From: the human T2T-CHM13v2.0 reference genome, Homo sapiens | DNA: 64,000 bases | Strand: one strand, 5' to 3' | Assembly (NCBI RefSeq): GCF_009914755.1 | Contig: NC_060928.1 | Shown: one piece after another, positions 1 through 16,029 of the stretch | How positions within the stretch are numbered: the stretch's first letter is position 1 | Layout: every line of letters begins with the position of its first letter | The notes under the pieces: generated by a model | Seen by the model: the letters and a program-made list of their open reading frames with translations, nothing else | Databases searched by the model: none | Told to the model about the DNA's origin: nothing | Translations under genes and position numbers: made by a program

Positions 1-60
1 GATGTGTACATGCAGGTCACAGGGGATATGATGGCTTAGATTGGGCTCAGAGGCCTGACA
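1..60 (-). mobile_element. 5' end of an LTR7 (HERV-H LTR); element continues left of the window
   Basis: Reverse complement reads TGTCAGGCCTCTGAGCCCAATCTAAGCCATCATATCCCCTGTGACCTGCATGTACACATC, matching the recalled LTR7 start. Confidence 0.88.
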
Positions 61-235
61 GTTGATATGTAAAAATGAGATTTAATTTTTAAATTTTTTA
101 TTTAATTTTTAAATTTCTCAGTGTTAACTTCTTATAAATATTTCTATCGCATTCAAACAAAAGTTTGTTGAGGTCCTTAATAATTTTTAAGAGTGTAAAA
201 ATGTCTTGAGACCAAAAAATTTGAAAACTAATGAT
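61..235 (-). mobile_element. hAT-Charlie DNA transposon relic (Charlie4-like terminus)
   Basis: aataatttttaagagtgtaaaaatgtcttgagaccaaaaaatttgaaaac resembles a Charlie end; same family as 12340-12782 in opposite orientation. Confidence 0.55.
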
Positions 236-546
236 TTAGACTAAAGGTAATATGATAAATATTTTCAAAAAGTACCAAATTTAGGCAAGAAGTCAGTTGT
301 AGACTTTCAAAGTGATAGATACACTAACGTAAACAATAGCAACGTGGATGGGCACAAAGAGATGGATAAAAGAGATATTAAACAGATAGGCTTACTAGGC
401 CATGAGTGCTAGAAGCATTTGTGGAGGATAAAGGAGTGGGAAGACTCTGGGATAATTCTTGGGTACCTGGCTTAAGGAAACTTTGCCTACTCACTTGAAA
501 AACTACAACTTATTCTTAGTGGTCAAGGTCTTCTCTGTGAAGGCTT

Positions 547-912
547 TGAAGGAGATCAGGATACACCATCCCAAAATATACCATTTTGGCATAAGGATTA
601 TTTGAGGCAATTTAGAATAGGCAAATAAGGGCAGGGCAGATACATTTCCTAGTCATTTTCCCACCGTCTATTGTCCTTTGAAGCCCAAACCCTCTTTCAT
701 TTGTTAAGAAGGGTATGTAAGTTATATACCTTTCTTATATATATGTTAGCCACTTTTTGAATTTTATTTCTTTTCTATGATTCCCATACACATTTAAAAT
801 ATTAATAAATCTGTATTCCTTTTCTCCTGTTAATCTGTCTTTTGTCAGCTGAATTCACAGACCCACAGTCACTGAATTTAAGTAGGTGGGGGAAAAGTTT
901 TTCTTCCCAACA
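547..912 (+). mobile_element. ERV1 solo LTR, MER34/MER39-like (shortened)
   Basis: TG...CA ends; cccaaaatata...ggcataaggattattttgag start; aataaa followed by ctgttaatctgtcttttgt near the end. Confidence 0.7.
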
Positions 913-920
913 CCTTTATT

Positions 921-1124
921 GGCCCACCCAAGCTTGGTGTCACCTATAAGGGAGAAAAAAATATAGTTTTTTTTCTACCTCCATTCTAGCAAGGTTTATG
1001 GCTGAGGCCCTAAACCTCAAGGTTTATGACTGAGGCCCACCCAAGGTTGGTGTCACCTATAAAGGAGAAAAAATATAGTTTTTTTCTACCCACATTCTAG
1101 CCAGCTTTATGGCTAAGGTCCCTA
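921..1124. repeat. ~113-bp-period direct tandem duplication
   Basis: ggcccacccaag(c/g)ttggtgtcacctataa..ggagaaaaaatatagtttttttctacc..cattctagc occurs at 921 and again at 1034. Confidence 0.9.
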
Positions 1125-1627
1125 TAACAAAAGACAAATTAACAAATGAAAAGCATACAAATGTCCTTAATGTAAGTTTTACATGACACAGGAGTCTTCA
1201 TAAGGAAATGAAGACCTGATGACACATGAGTATTTTTATGCTAAAGTGTGCACTAACAGAAGAGCAAAAGATGTAAACTTTGAGTGTCCTTCATGTTTCC
1301 ATGAGGTTTGATGAAGAATGGAGAGTTGTGTAGAAATATGATAGGCCAAAAAGGGTACAATCTAATGGTAGTGAACTGGGAGAAACTTAGCAAGTCCTGC
1401 TTGTTCAGATTCTTCTCTGTGTCTCTGTCTTTGGAGATAAAGATGTTCCTTTCCTCTGGGTCTAGGAAGGCACTTCTCACACGAGGGTTTTATGAACTGT
1501 TTCAGAGGAAAAGAGTGGGGCAAGGTCAGAGAGACCTTCCTGCACGTGCTGCTTCTCCAATTCCTTCTGAAAATATTCAATGTGCCAAGGTGCCATATTT
1601 TGGGGTAGCATATCCTGAAGCCCATCA
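1057..1627 (-). mobile_element. ERV1 solo LTR, MER34/MER39-like
   Basis: ataacaaaagacaaattaac at left; gccatattttggggtagcatatcctgaagcccatca at right is the reverse complement of the family start. Confidence 0.7.
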
Positions 1628-3550
1628 CACTCACAGTCTAATATCTAACCCAGGTTTTCTGCCCACCTCACTCATTATAATCATTTGTCTATATGCCTCT
1701 ATCCTCTACTAAAGTTGAGTATCCTGAAGTTAGACACAATGTCTTATTTACTTCTGTTCTCAGTCTCCATAAGGCCTGCTATATATAATAGGGACTAAAT
1801 CGATGTTTGATGAATGTATAATAGGAACAAAAATTATTGATTTATCCCCACATTTTCTGCTCACTAAAAAGGATCTTATCTTGTTCTGCTTAACTTCCCT
1901 GACATTTTGGCCCATTAATTCGGACTCATTAAGATGAGTTCAGTTTTGCCAGAAATTGCCAGGTTTTAAGATAAAGAAGAACAAACTGGAAAGGTGAGAA
2001 ATGAAGAGAAGAGGAAGAAAAAGTAAAAGACATGGAGGCAAGTTTGGGAGAGAGGATATTGGGGGCTTAGCATAAACAGAGGCATCAGGAGTGCTGAAGG
2101 ATGTGAGAGAACAGAGGAGAAGAAGAAAAGGAGCTTCTAGAAATGTTACTAAGGGTTACGAACTTGTGTCTCTTAATGTAGTTAAGGATGCCCCAATAAA
2201 TATGGAAATTACTTTTTAATCACTTCTGGTTGCTAGAGTGAGTTTCTTTAATGTGGCATTAAGCCAAGATTGGGCCATATGGAGCCTAGGAATTTATTTG
2301 GAGTATAAATGAAGCGTGCATGTACAAACCTAGTTAATATGAGACATTTTTCATGGAAAGACCTTATATTTCACAGTATTTTGTGTGCATTTTTGTTAAG
2401 CATGTACAGGGGCTTTGGGCTTTGGTCTCAGCCTAAGTCGTTTCCTCTGCTGGGATTCAGAGAGTCTGGGCATGTCTAATGAGGTAGTGGTAACCTAGAG
2501 TTTTCTGTACAAACCGATTTGCCTAGGGAGAAGGTGGCTGCATGGAGTAGAACTTTTCAAGGCACTCTGCAGGAGATATCTGAGATTTGAGGGGAACAGG
2601 ATGGTGGCTGTCCTGCTCAGACCTCACAGACTCTTGTTTGAGCTCTAAGGAGACAGGTGCTACAGACAAAAACAGAAAAAACTATTTCCCAAAGGAACAT
2701 AGGAGACACAGTCTAAGCAGACCTCTGTGTGCCCAGCTGGCAAAACATTTTCTGTGTGGAACACAGCTTCTTTCTGGGCCAATGTTGATTGCAGGATATG
2801 CAACTCTCCTTGGTCCCTCCAGGTTGCAGCTTTAGAGGTCCAGGAGTATAATGACAACAGGCAGCAACCACTCCCAGATGTCTTTCTCAGATAGGGACAT
2901 CATTGAGCAGAAAGGCTATTTCTGAGTGCATAGGAGAGATCCCCTAAACATACCCTAAAATATACTTAGCAGGGAGTTTTCAGGAGGCGAAGCCTCACAC
3001 AGTCAGTAAAATTTGAGCGTTACACAAATGACGACACAAGCCTAACATGGTGTTCTGCTGAAGTCATGTTAAAGAATGCAAAGGAGTTGCATTGATGAGT
3101 GGATCTCTCATTTTATTTATTGAATAAATTGTACCTCTTTTCAGAAAGGATTTCAGGCAGCTGGCCAGTTTATTTAACAAGTTGCAACTGAAAGTTATTC
3201 CATTGAAAGAATAGTTTTTTTTCTAAAATCAAAAAGACATCATGATCCAAAACCTGTTTATTAAGCATTTACTCACAGGTGATGCTGCACTAAGACTCTT
3301 CACCAAGAAAGCTACGCAACTGTGACCCATGTTCTTTGGAATTCTGCAATCTGAATTGGGCTAAGAGCTAATTTCAGGAATGGAATGGTGGAATTGGAAT
3401 TTTTTGCTTATTTAAAAAAAAAAAAGAAAAAGGAAGAATTAGCAGTCTGGGACAGAGGCAGGTGTATCCTGTCATCAATATTGAGTGGAACCCATGCTTT
3501 TGTTTTCTTTTACAAAGGGACTCCGTAGAAACCTTTTTGTCTTTACATCA

Positions 3551-3937
<387 letters not shown>

Positions 3938-5454
3938 TTATAAGGTTATAAGGTAGATGACAAGTGCTTTTTTGTTTTGTAAATAGTGACTATGTGTGAA
4001 TCCTTTAAAGAATAATCTCCCATAGGTGCCTTTGGATTTCATTGACAGATGAATAAGAATATTCTAGAGACAAGATAATCTGCAAAAAAACTATATTGTA
4101 ATCTTTAGATAATAAGGAACAGAAAATGAATCAAATTAGCCCTCAGAAGTCTAGAAATATGAAGTATCGCGCCTTCTTTTCTGTTTTTCATTCTGCACAA
4201 GTGGTTTTTAACTTTCTCCCAAGAAACAATTCCTTTTCATTTTTAGGAAACTCAACATAAAACAAGGAAAATCTAAGAAATCATTGGTTTTACTTTTTCT
4301 TTGGAATTCCTGTATACTCTTATAAAAGATTTATCTTGACTCTAATGCCAGCAAAAAAAATCTGAAATTTGATCTGCTTCTGGTAGTAAATGAAATGAAG
4401 GTTTTAGACACTAATCAAATATCATACTGCTTCGCAGATGTTGCAATGAAAAAGTCAAAGCTTGTTATGATTCCCAATTAGTAAACTGCCCCTTTTCATT
4501 GCTAGGCTTGCAGCTAAACACAGGTACCATGATAAATGTGGAGATACAAGGATCCAGGCCATGGTCAGACATTACACAGGTGTCCTTCATAAATGTCAAA
4601 GACAAAATTGACTATTCCTTGGAGATTGGAGTTTTCAGGGCTAAAGCTCTAGACACATTCATCACAGAAGCAGGCAAGATGCCATTGCCCCAAAGCAGAG
4701 CCAAGCCAAGCATGCTTAGTTACATTAAGATCTTGCAGCACATCTAGTAATCAGGGGCCCTGAAGTAGAAAGTCGAGCATTAGTGTAGGAAAGTCATCAT
4801 GGGAAGTAAAATCACAGACATTCAGCTTCAACTTGTGGAGCTTATGGTAGATTTGCAGCCATTTTTTCTGGACTTTCTATAGCAAAAGGAAATCGAATTA
4901 TTCCAGGAGGAAAATATGCTGTGGTTTTCTTTTCTGAAGAAAACACAATTTGCTCTCCCTTATTATGTTTGACTGAGGTCAGAATTGACATTGTTGCCAG
5001 TGTGTCTGCTATTAGAAGTCTTGGATAAGCCTTGAAATAAAATACTGAGCAGACACAGAAAACCCCAAAGGTTTTCTTTTTAAAGCTAATAATCATTCAT
5101 TTATTTCAGTAGCTTGAGACATTTATGTATAAACACACTTAGAAGAATTAATGATGCTATACATAACATGAGTCATTTAAATCCTCATCTTCTTTCATTA
5201 GAAAGTCTAGTCTTTAACCTGGCTCCTTCTAGGCAAATATTTCATGATTTGAGTGTTCTTAATATTTTAATGCTAAGTCTACAACTTTGCTTCACTCTAA
5301 ATTTCTTTTTAACCTAAATTTTTAGCTTCCTCCAAAGCACATGGAATTTCTCTATCACTCGTTAAAAACATTTATTAAGAAAAGCCAATAAAATTCAGGA
5401 AGTTTATGTTAACCCAAGCATAAAATTCCTAGAGAATTCTAGGGCAGTGAGTAG

Positions 5455-5910
5455 TGACAGGTTAGTTAAGCTGCTGTAACAAAGACATCCAAACCACAAT
5501 GGTTCAAACTGGAATTTTATTTCTCTTCCATGAAACAATTTAGAGATGCATGGCTAGTCCATAACATTATCCAGGACCCAAAGTCATTTTATGTTCTTAC
5601 TCCACATCCTCTGAAGTGTTGACCTGGCCATATAGTCAAAGTTGAGTCACCAGCATATATCTGTGCTCTAGCTGGCAAGAATGGGGAAAGATAGAAAGCA
5701 GAGTGGCAAGTACTTCTTCTTACAGAAGTGACCCAGAAGTTGCCTACATCATTTTTGCCCACATTCTGTTGGCAAAAACTTATTCACATAGCCACGTTAG
5801 TTGCAAAGAAGCTGGAAAACATGGTCTACAACTGTAAAGCTGTGTGCCTAGCTAAAATTCAAGGGTTATCTTACTAAAAGGAAAAGGAGAATGACTGCAG
5901 TCTCTGTCAC
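5455..5910 (-). mobile_element. Old MaLR LTR (MLT1J/K-like)
   Basis: gctgctgtaacaaa... and catcatttttgcccacattctgttggc...gcaaagaagctggaaaacatggtct motifs. Confidence 0.5.
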
Positions 5911-6407
5911 AGACAGTATACCCTGAAGTGCATTAAGGGAACATTAGTTCTGTGAGAAGTCAGCAAACAGGCTTAGCAAGAAACAAATTCCATGTTCATG
6001 TAAGCTTGGGGATCACTGGGTTAAATAAAATTTAATGGAGTTCTTTATAGCCAGACTTATCAGAGCTTTAACAAACTGATCTTAAGCTCTATAATGGAGG
6101 AATAGCTTTGCTCTATTTCCTAAATTTGACCATAGAACCCATTTTGGAAAAGTCAATTCTTAGGGCTAATACTTTATAGACCACATTTTGTGAGCCACTA
6201 CCTTAGAATACTATACTTAAATTCATTAACTCTGGTTACATATCAAAATTCACACAGGTAAAAATTAAAACCGTTGCTATATTCACATGCTATACTCTTT
6301 GAAAGGGCTGAATATACATAAACACTATGTACTTGAATTCTTGCAATGAACTCAACTCACTAGTTCATGACTAGTTTTGCTTTTTCCTTAAAAAGGGGGA
6401 AAGGGTA

Positions 6408-6827
6408 TGCTATGGTTTGGATGTTTGTCTCCTCCAAAGCTCACATTGAAATTTGATCTCCCCAGTGTTGGAGATGGAGAATAGCAGGAGGTGCTTGGGT
6501 CATAGGGGAGGAGATTTCTCAAGAATAGATAAATGTCCTCCTTTGGAATGAGTGAGTTCTCACTCTATTAGTTCCCATGAAAGCTGGTTGTTTAAAAGAG
6601 CCTGTTATCTCCCCTCGCCTCTCTTACTTATTCTCTCAGCATGTGACCACTGCACACACCACCTCCCCTTTGCCTCTGCCATGAGTGGAAGCAGCCAGAG
6701 GCCTGTACCAGATGTCCAATCTTGAACTTTCCAGCCACCAGAATCATAAGCCAAATAAACCTTTTTTTCTTTATGAATTACCCAGTCCCAGGTATTATGT
6801 TACAGCAACACAAAACAGACTAAAACA
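6408..6827 (+). mobile_element. MaLR solo LTR (MST family)
   Basis: tgctatggtttggatgtttgtc ... ttacagcaacacaaaacagactaaaaca; 5-bp TSD gggta/ggata. Confidence 0.85.
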
Positions 6828-7389
6828 GGATATTTCTTCATGAAAGACAAAATAAATGCAAATGATAAGCATCACACATAATGGAATGTCCAATGGGTTA
6901 ATAGTGTATCCCAGGCTAAATCAGCAGGTTAATAAGATCAAGCCCATAGGGCCATAAATCAAGCAGTTTAATAAATGGAATATTGGTTAAACATAGTTTA
7001 TGATTCCAAATCAATGTACTTTGACACAAAGCTACAGGGCAGGGAACAGCTAAATTAGAGTCCTATTTTATCACCTTGTTACCCATTGCTAAAGTACAGG
7101 GTGAGGCAGTGGAGGCTAAAGAACATTATCTTCACTCTGCAGGTCCGCAAACACCCCTGAGACTAGTTTATAGGACAGATTATCAGCAGAGTGATCACTG
7201 GTACTTACCCTCTTTTATCTTTAAGGAAAGCTTAGAGTCTAAGACACTCTAAGATTCTCATACAAGAAATTAATGTCTAATTTTGCCATCTTAGAAATTA
7301 ATTTTTATATCATTTGTTCAGATTGCCTCTATCAATGGGTAGTGACCTTTAGACTGAAAGTGGATTGTTTGCTAAAATTATGGTAAAAG

Positions 7390-7930
<541 letters not shown>

Positions 7931-7999
7931 TTTTCTTTCATTGTTTTCACTCCTGCCAAGCACAACGATTAAAAACAGGGATGATGGAGCCATACATAC

Positions 8000-8325
8000 A
8001 TAAGTTTCAGTCCTTGCTCTGCCTCTTATTAGCTATGTGACCCTAAGCCAGTTATTTAATCCCTCTAAGCTTCTGTTTCCTCACCTATAAACTAGAATAT
8101 TAATAGTACTTTACCATACTGGATTATTAAGGATGAAATGTAATATTATGAAATTAATATAGTGGCTGGCATACATTGTATTTCATCAAACCTAAGACTT
8201 CATCAATTTTAAAATGCATCCTGTTTTTAGAGATGTTTAAATATGGGGCAGGGGAGCATATGTGACTCTCAGAATTGATCAAATGTGGTAATAAGCACTT
8301 TTTAAAATATTTGTTGTTATTATTC
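8000..8325 (+). mobile_element. MIR with nested MER104-like Tc2 MITE (~8174-8290)
   Basis: MIR core ctctgcctcttattagctatgtgacc; insert bounded by degenerate TIRs gtatttcatcaaacctaagac / ctcagaattgatcaaatgtggta. Confidence 0.6.
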
Positions 8326-9733
8326 CATATAACTTATTATTAAAGAGATGTGTGGAGACCCAGGGGTTCAGCTTACAGGAATTGGAAAGAACAACAACCT
8401 TAGTCCCAGAAAGCAAAACAAAACAAGGAGAGTTAACATCATGGCCACAGTCAGGTATGATTAATGTAATAATGTAGATATGTCCATGAAGTAGAGATGC
8501 TAGAGAAAAAAACTGATCAACTTTGGCCTAGGATTAGGCGCAGGGAATGAGAGAGGCAAAGATAAAAAAGCAAAGCTTCACAAAGAATTGATTCATAAAC
8601 AGGGTCTTGAAGAATGAACAAAGAGTTTAACTGCTAGGAAGGGACATCCTAGACAGAGGAAAAGGTAACTGCAAAATTACCCATGTTGGAAACACACACT
8701 ATAGCTCAGCATTACTGGAATGTAAATTGCTTTCATCCTGTAAAAGAGAGTTCACAGGAACCCATATGGCCAGCAAAGATAAGCCCTCTTGATTCCCTGA
8801 AGGGATAGCTTCTAAGTAAAGGAATTTAAATCCATTCAGAGAAGAATCATAAAATAAATGTACCTAATCTCCTAACTCTGTAGGATAATACAAAAAAGAT
8901 GAATGAAATCTCTAGGGCTAAAAGAAAAATTGACTTGGAAAGCCTAGTTCCTAAAGAAAAGTAGGCACTAATCAAAGAGCAGAAGATGACAAATTTGAAC
9001 GTCCTTCATGTTTCCCTAAGACTAATCCCAAACAAATCCATTAGCAGCTAGATCGATCTTTTTAAGAACACCATCAATTTAAGCATATTTTATTTGAATC
9101 CTAGAATTTAAAATTTACATTAACATTAGTATATGACCTCATAATTTTGGTCTTAAAGTACAATGAGTTTTACTCTAGTTCTTCTGTTAATATCAGTTTC
9201 TAAACAACATCAATTGAATTTTGTACATATTCTGAGGTATTACATCCTTTACAAATATGAAGAAGATACACTCTGACTACCAAATTACTTGAAATCAGTA
9301 GATAATTGATCTTTGATTCAAAAATTCTTATCAGAAAGGTCAAGATGAAAATAACATATTCTTATCTGAGAATCCTTATTCAGCTATTTAATGTATGGGA
9401 TATGGGACCAATCTCCCAGAGTTTCTACTATACCCTAGAAATATTATACCTTCAGTCTTTCATATATACCTGTTTCTGAGCACTTTACATATATAATGAA
9501 ACTTCTGAAGGACCAATTAAAAAATGGAAATCATTAATCTTACATATATTGACAACTGCTTTAGCTTTTGAATACTTTGTTTCTCATTATATGAAAAAGG
9601 ATCTATTGAGATTCTCACTGAGATCTTAGCAAGGGCCACACCTAGGTATAAGTAGCAAATGCACCATGCAATGGTAAAACTCCAGCAATGAGCCCAGCAG
9701 ATATAAAGCCCTGCTATTAGGAAGCATATGTGA

Positions 9734-10690
9734 TGTTTAAAAACAAACTTTGGCACATTGCGATTTTAAAGAGTTTATTTGAGCAGACAGTGATTCGTGA
9801 ATTGAGCTGCTGTAAACCAGAAGTGTTTCATGAGCTCCACCAAAAAAGTGGAAGGGGAAGGCTTTTATAAGGTGAAATCCGAAGCAGTCAAAGAAAATAT
9901 TTGACTGGTTCGTGTGGAACACTAGCCTCATTTGGATCATTCCAGTGGAAAGTCCTAATTTGAGGTTAGTTGATGTTTCTAATTGCTTAAGCTCAAGTAG
10001 TGGAAAGACCCGGGTTAGAAGTTATTTGGTGGGTTTTGATTGGTCAAGCTTAAGGTTCATTTTCCTAGAATATGACCATTTACACTGACTTGGTGTTGGT
10101 TTGCTTATGTAGGAACCAAGGGCTCTGGAGCAACCTCAGGCTACTAGCCTCTGTAGGGGAGGAAAAATATTTTTTCTTCAACCCTTATAAGTTCTGAGTT
10201 GGAATGGATTCCTGTAACAAATAACAGATTAATAGGAGAAAAAGAAAAGTTTATTAATGTGTGCAGCACACTTCATGCAGAAGACACTTCAATGAAAAGT
10301 TACTCAGAGTAAAGGCTTAGAACTCCAACTGATATAGCATTTTCAACAGGAAAATGAATTTGTGGAGAATAACAGAACAAAGGGAGGAGTTTTAGGCTTC
10401 CAAAGGTGGGAAACTGTGAGAAGGCAAATAAATATATGGGACGAAACTAATAGAGTTAAGATTTTTTTGCAGATTCCTCTGGTACCCTCTCTGGGCCGAT
10501 AGGAGTCACAGTTGTCTTCAGTAAAGAAGAATTTATATCCTGCCTTTAGGCAGAAAAAAAAGAAGATAGAACTTTTCCTCCATTTGCTGCTTTTTAATTG
10601 CCTTCAACTCAAAAATAATTTTATTTCACAGAGGCATATTTTGGGGATGACATTCCAGTTTCCTTCACCTCTCAATTAATTATTTTAACA
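9734..10690 (-). mobile_element. ERV1 solo LTR, MER31/MER67-like (host of nested LTR)
   Basis: Right end caattaattattttaaca is the reverse complement of TGTTAAAATAATTAATTG; flanks gtga/gtgg. Confidence 0.7.
10152..10667 (-). mobile_element. ERV1 solo LTR, MER34/MER39-like, nested in the MER31-like LTR
   Basis: TG...CA ends with perfect 4-bp TSD cctc (10148-10151 and 10668-10671). Confidence 0.82.
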
Positions 10691-12339
10691 GTGGATTAAG
10701 TCAAACAATAAAAAGTCACAGAAACATACCATGAGAATAAACCTCCTAAGTTGGTTAGGTCCTTCCTGTGGAGACAACATTTGAGAGGTTACCAGTGGAA
10801 TCTCCTGAGCCCAAGACACCGACACCGACAATTTTACACAACCACACTGTCAGGCCTCTGGGTCTATGGATCTGTTACTTCAATCCTTTTTCCCCAACCT
10901 TGAAATATAAATGCCCAAGGGGACCAGCCCCATTTTAAAATGTTCTTGACTATCAAAATCTGAGCGGGAATGATCTGACCAGTCACTGTGAAAAACAGTG
11001 AGACTCCAGGGAAATCAGAAAGAAAGAAAAGGTTATTCATCATAAGGAAGATAATATGGCCAAAGGCTCTGCTAACTGCTCAAGTGCTTTCCACTCCAGA
11101 CTTCTTTTGCTAGTATCATGACTCCTTTGAAGGCTTTCTCAAAATAGTCTTTCCCCATTTAAAAAGCAGTATCTCCCTCTTGATTCCCTAATCCCCAATC
11201 ACCAGTTGAGGTCTTGCTGCTTTCATTCTCTTTTTTTTCTCCTCTGCAATAATTTCCTCAAATTCCCAGTACCCTTCTCTGTTATGTTTAGGCTCCTTGG
11301 CAATCAGCTGGGGGCAATATTTAATGATTTGTAGCTTTGTGGCTTTCTTTACAGACTATTTTAAGCTAGAGAGGGAGATTTTCATGTCACAGAATTGAGG
11401 TGTTACAGAAATAGAACAAGAGAAAGAATTTAACACCTTTCATTACACCCTTGCGGCCTGGGCTCCCTGTGCTTGGGGTGGCTGGTCATTTAGGGCCCTC
11501 TTTCCTCAGAGAAATGACAGCTCTGAATCTGAGGCCCAGGCAGTCTGGAGAGGATCATCATAAGGATGCAACTGGGTACAAGGAATTAGCAGACAATCAG
11601 TAATAACTAACATTTCCCCTTCCCCCAGCCATTCTTTGCCTTCTGCAAGAACATACTTGGCTTAGAAAAATGTTTTGTAGAAGGAATGATTGCTCTTTCA
11701 AAACAGAAGAACAAAACAAAGAAAAAGAAATGAAAGAAAGAACCAATATCTTCTTAAATTTTATTTTTAAAACGGCAGAGGCAGGCAGTGGGAAGTGGAA
11801 TATGTGTGCAAAAAAGAAGTAAGCAGTTAATAAGCATAGAAGAAGGGGCAGAACAGGATAAGTGAAATAAAGTGGAGATGACTCCTGGATTAAGTCTTTG
11901 CAAACTGTAATCCAGAAGTTGTTGATCTCCCCATAGGCATTCTGTTTTTTTAAAAAAAATCTTTAGGAGAATTTACCTTTCTTATTATGAATGTCCTTTT
12001 TTTCCTTTCTGATGCCATTAAAATGAAATTACTCTCTCACAATCTGAGACTGCATCTCAACCTCCCTTGCTGGTAAAATAATTCCTGCTAAGATTTTAAC
12101 TTGATAGTCAAGAGCAGTTTAAATTAGAGAAATGCTGAATTAAGCAAACTCTAACTGTATTTGGGTTATTGTGATTTCCCAGCCCTTTAATATATGTTTT
12201 AAGGGATAGAGTAGAGGTGAATACATAGCAGTGCTTCCTAAATTTAGTCTTCCATAGAACTCTTTTCCTAAGCACCTTTTATCTCCTCATGGAAGATGAA
12301 CACTTACAGGAAAATAATCAGTCTTCTGCTAAAGCACAA

Positions 12340-12782
12340 TATGTTGGTCTCAGGACCCCTCTGTACTCCTAAAACTTATTGATGACACCAAAAAGCCTTT
12401 GTCTATTAATATTTACTATATTGGAAATTAAAACTAAGAAAATTCAATTTTTCATTAATTCATTTAAAAATATAATAAACGTATTGCATGTTAACAAAAG
12501 TAACATTTGTACTTTTAAAAATAACTATATTTTCCAAAACAAGACTATTTTGTTAGAAGATTATTATTGTTTCAGATTTTTACAAATCTCTTTAATGTCT
12601 GGATTAATAGAAGACATTTAGTTTCTCATGTCTGTTTTTGCATTCTGTTATGATCTTATAAGTAACGTAGTCTCTGGAAAACTCCACTATACACTAGTGA
12701 AAGAATAAAATTGAAAAATGCCAATATCATCTCAGTATCATTCCAAAAATAGTTTGGACTTCAAGAATCCCCTGAAAGGGCC
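12340..12782 (+). mobile_element. hAT-Charlie DNA transposon (Charlie4-like); last ~50 bp displaced to ~15458-15505
   Basis: ggtctcaggacccctctgtactcctaaaacttattga start; aatcccctgaaaggg continues after the LTR as ggtctaaatgaccc...catactttgaa. Confidence 0.6.
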
Positions 12783-13341
12783 TGTGAAAAGTAAAGTAGA
12801 GGTTCCTCTTCAAAGACTTTTCTCCCCCTCTAATTAGGAATAAATAGTAACTTCTCTTAGGAGCAAAATGTATTCAAATACCTGTGCTAACATTCTTAAA
12901 TATCTGCTAGCCATAATAAAGAAATCAATGTACTTTATGTTCTTAGCTCCCATAATTTAGCCTAAATATTTGCCCTGGCATGCTTATACTGGTCCAAGCA
13001 AGCATTAGGTCACAGCCAGTTCCTCTTCCTTATTTGAAGGTCTTTTTACTTTTCTCAGCATTCCACAAAGTACTTCCTCATTCCTTTGTTCTCCTCTGCC
13101 TTTGCCTCTTTTAAAAAGTTCTAAGTTGCTAGCCAATCAGGACAAATACAGAATGTGAGGTCCCATTCCAGCCAATGGAAACCAGACACAGCAGCAGGGT
13201 GGATGCATCAGGTTATAAATGACCCTGTCTCCTTCATTGGGTGTACTCCCACAGCAAAACTGCTGGCAAGTGTACCCTTTCTGCAGAAAGTATAAAAATG
13301 GCCTTGCTGAGAATATTAAATTTTTGTTCAAGTGCTATTTC

Positions 13342-15450
<2,109 letters not shown>

Positions 15451-15609
15451 TCAAACAGGTCTAAATGACCCGCCTAGAGAAACCCTAAGCATACTTTGAA
15501 GACTTTTAGACAACATGAATAGCCTGTGGGAAGAGGAGGGGAAAGAAGGAAAGAATAAACCTTCTATGAGTGTCTACCACATGCCAAGAAAACAGCTCGG
15601 AATTCTGGG

Positions 15610-15828
15610 GGGTTTTTACTTTATTTTAGGTTCAGGGGTACATGTGAAGTTTTGTTAAATAGGTAAACTCATGTCACAAGGGTTTGTGGTACAGATTATT
15701 TCATCACCCAGAAATTAAGCCCAGTTCCCAATAGTTATCTTTTCTGCTCCTCTCCTTCCTCCCACCTTCCACCCTCAAGTAGACTCCATCGTCTGTTTTC
15801 TTGTTTGTGTTCGTAAGTTCTTATGATA
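15610..15828 (-). mobile_element. Older L1PA (13-16-like) 3' tip inserted in a MIR (~15565-15975)
   Basis: ggttcaggggtacatgtg...acagattatttcatcaccca; ggaatt on both sides as a TSD. Confidence 0.75.
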
Positions 15829-16029
15829 GGAATTTTCATTAACATTAATTCACTTCATATAGTAACCACTTAAGGCAGTAGTCATTATTTCCTTTGTCTA
15901 TACAGGACAGATTCAGAAGGATTCCTTAATTTACCCAAGATCAAACAGTTGGTAAAAGGAAGAACCAGTTTGAAGCTAATTTATGGACACCAATATATCT
16001 TAAAGAAAGCATTTTCAATGTTATGTTAC

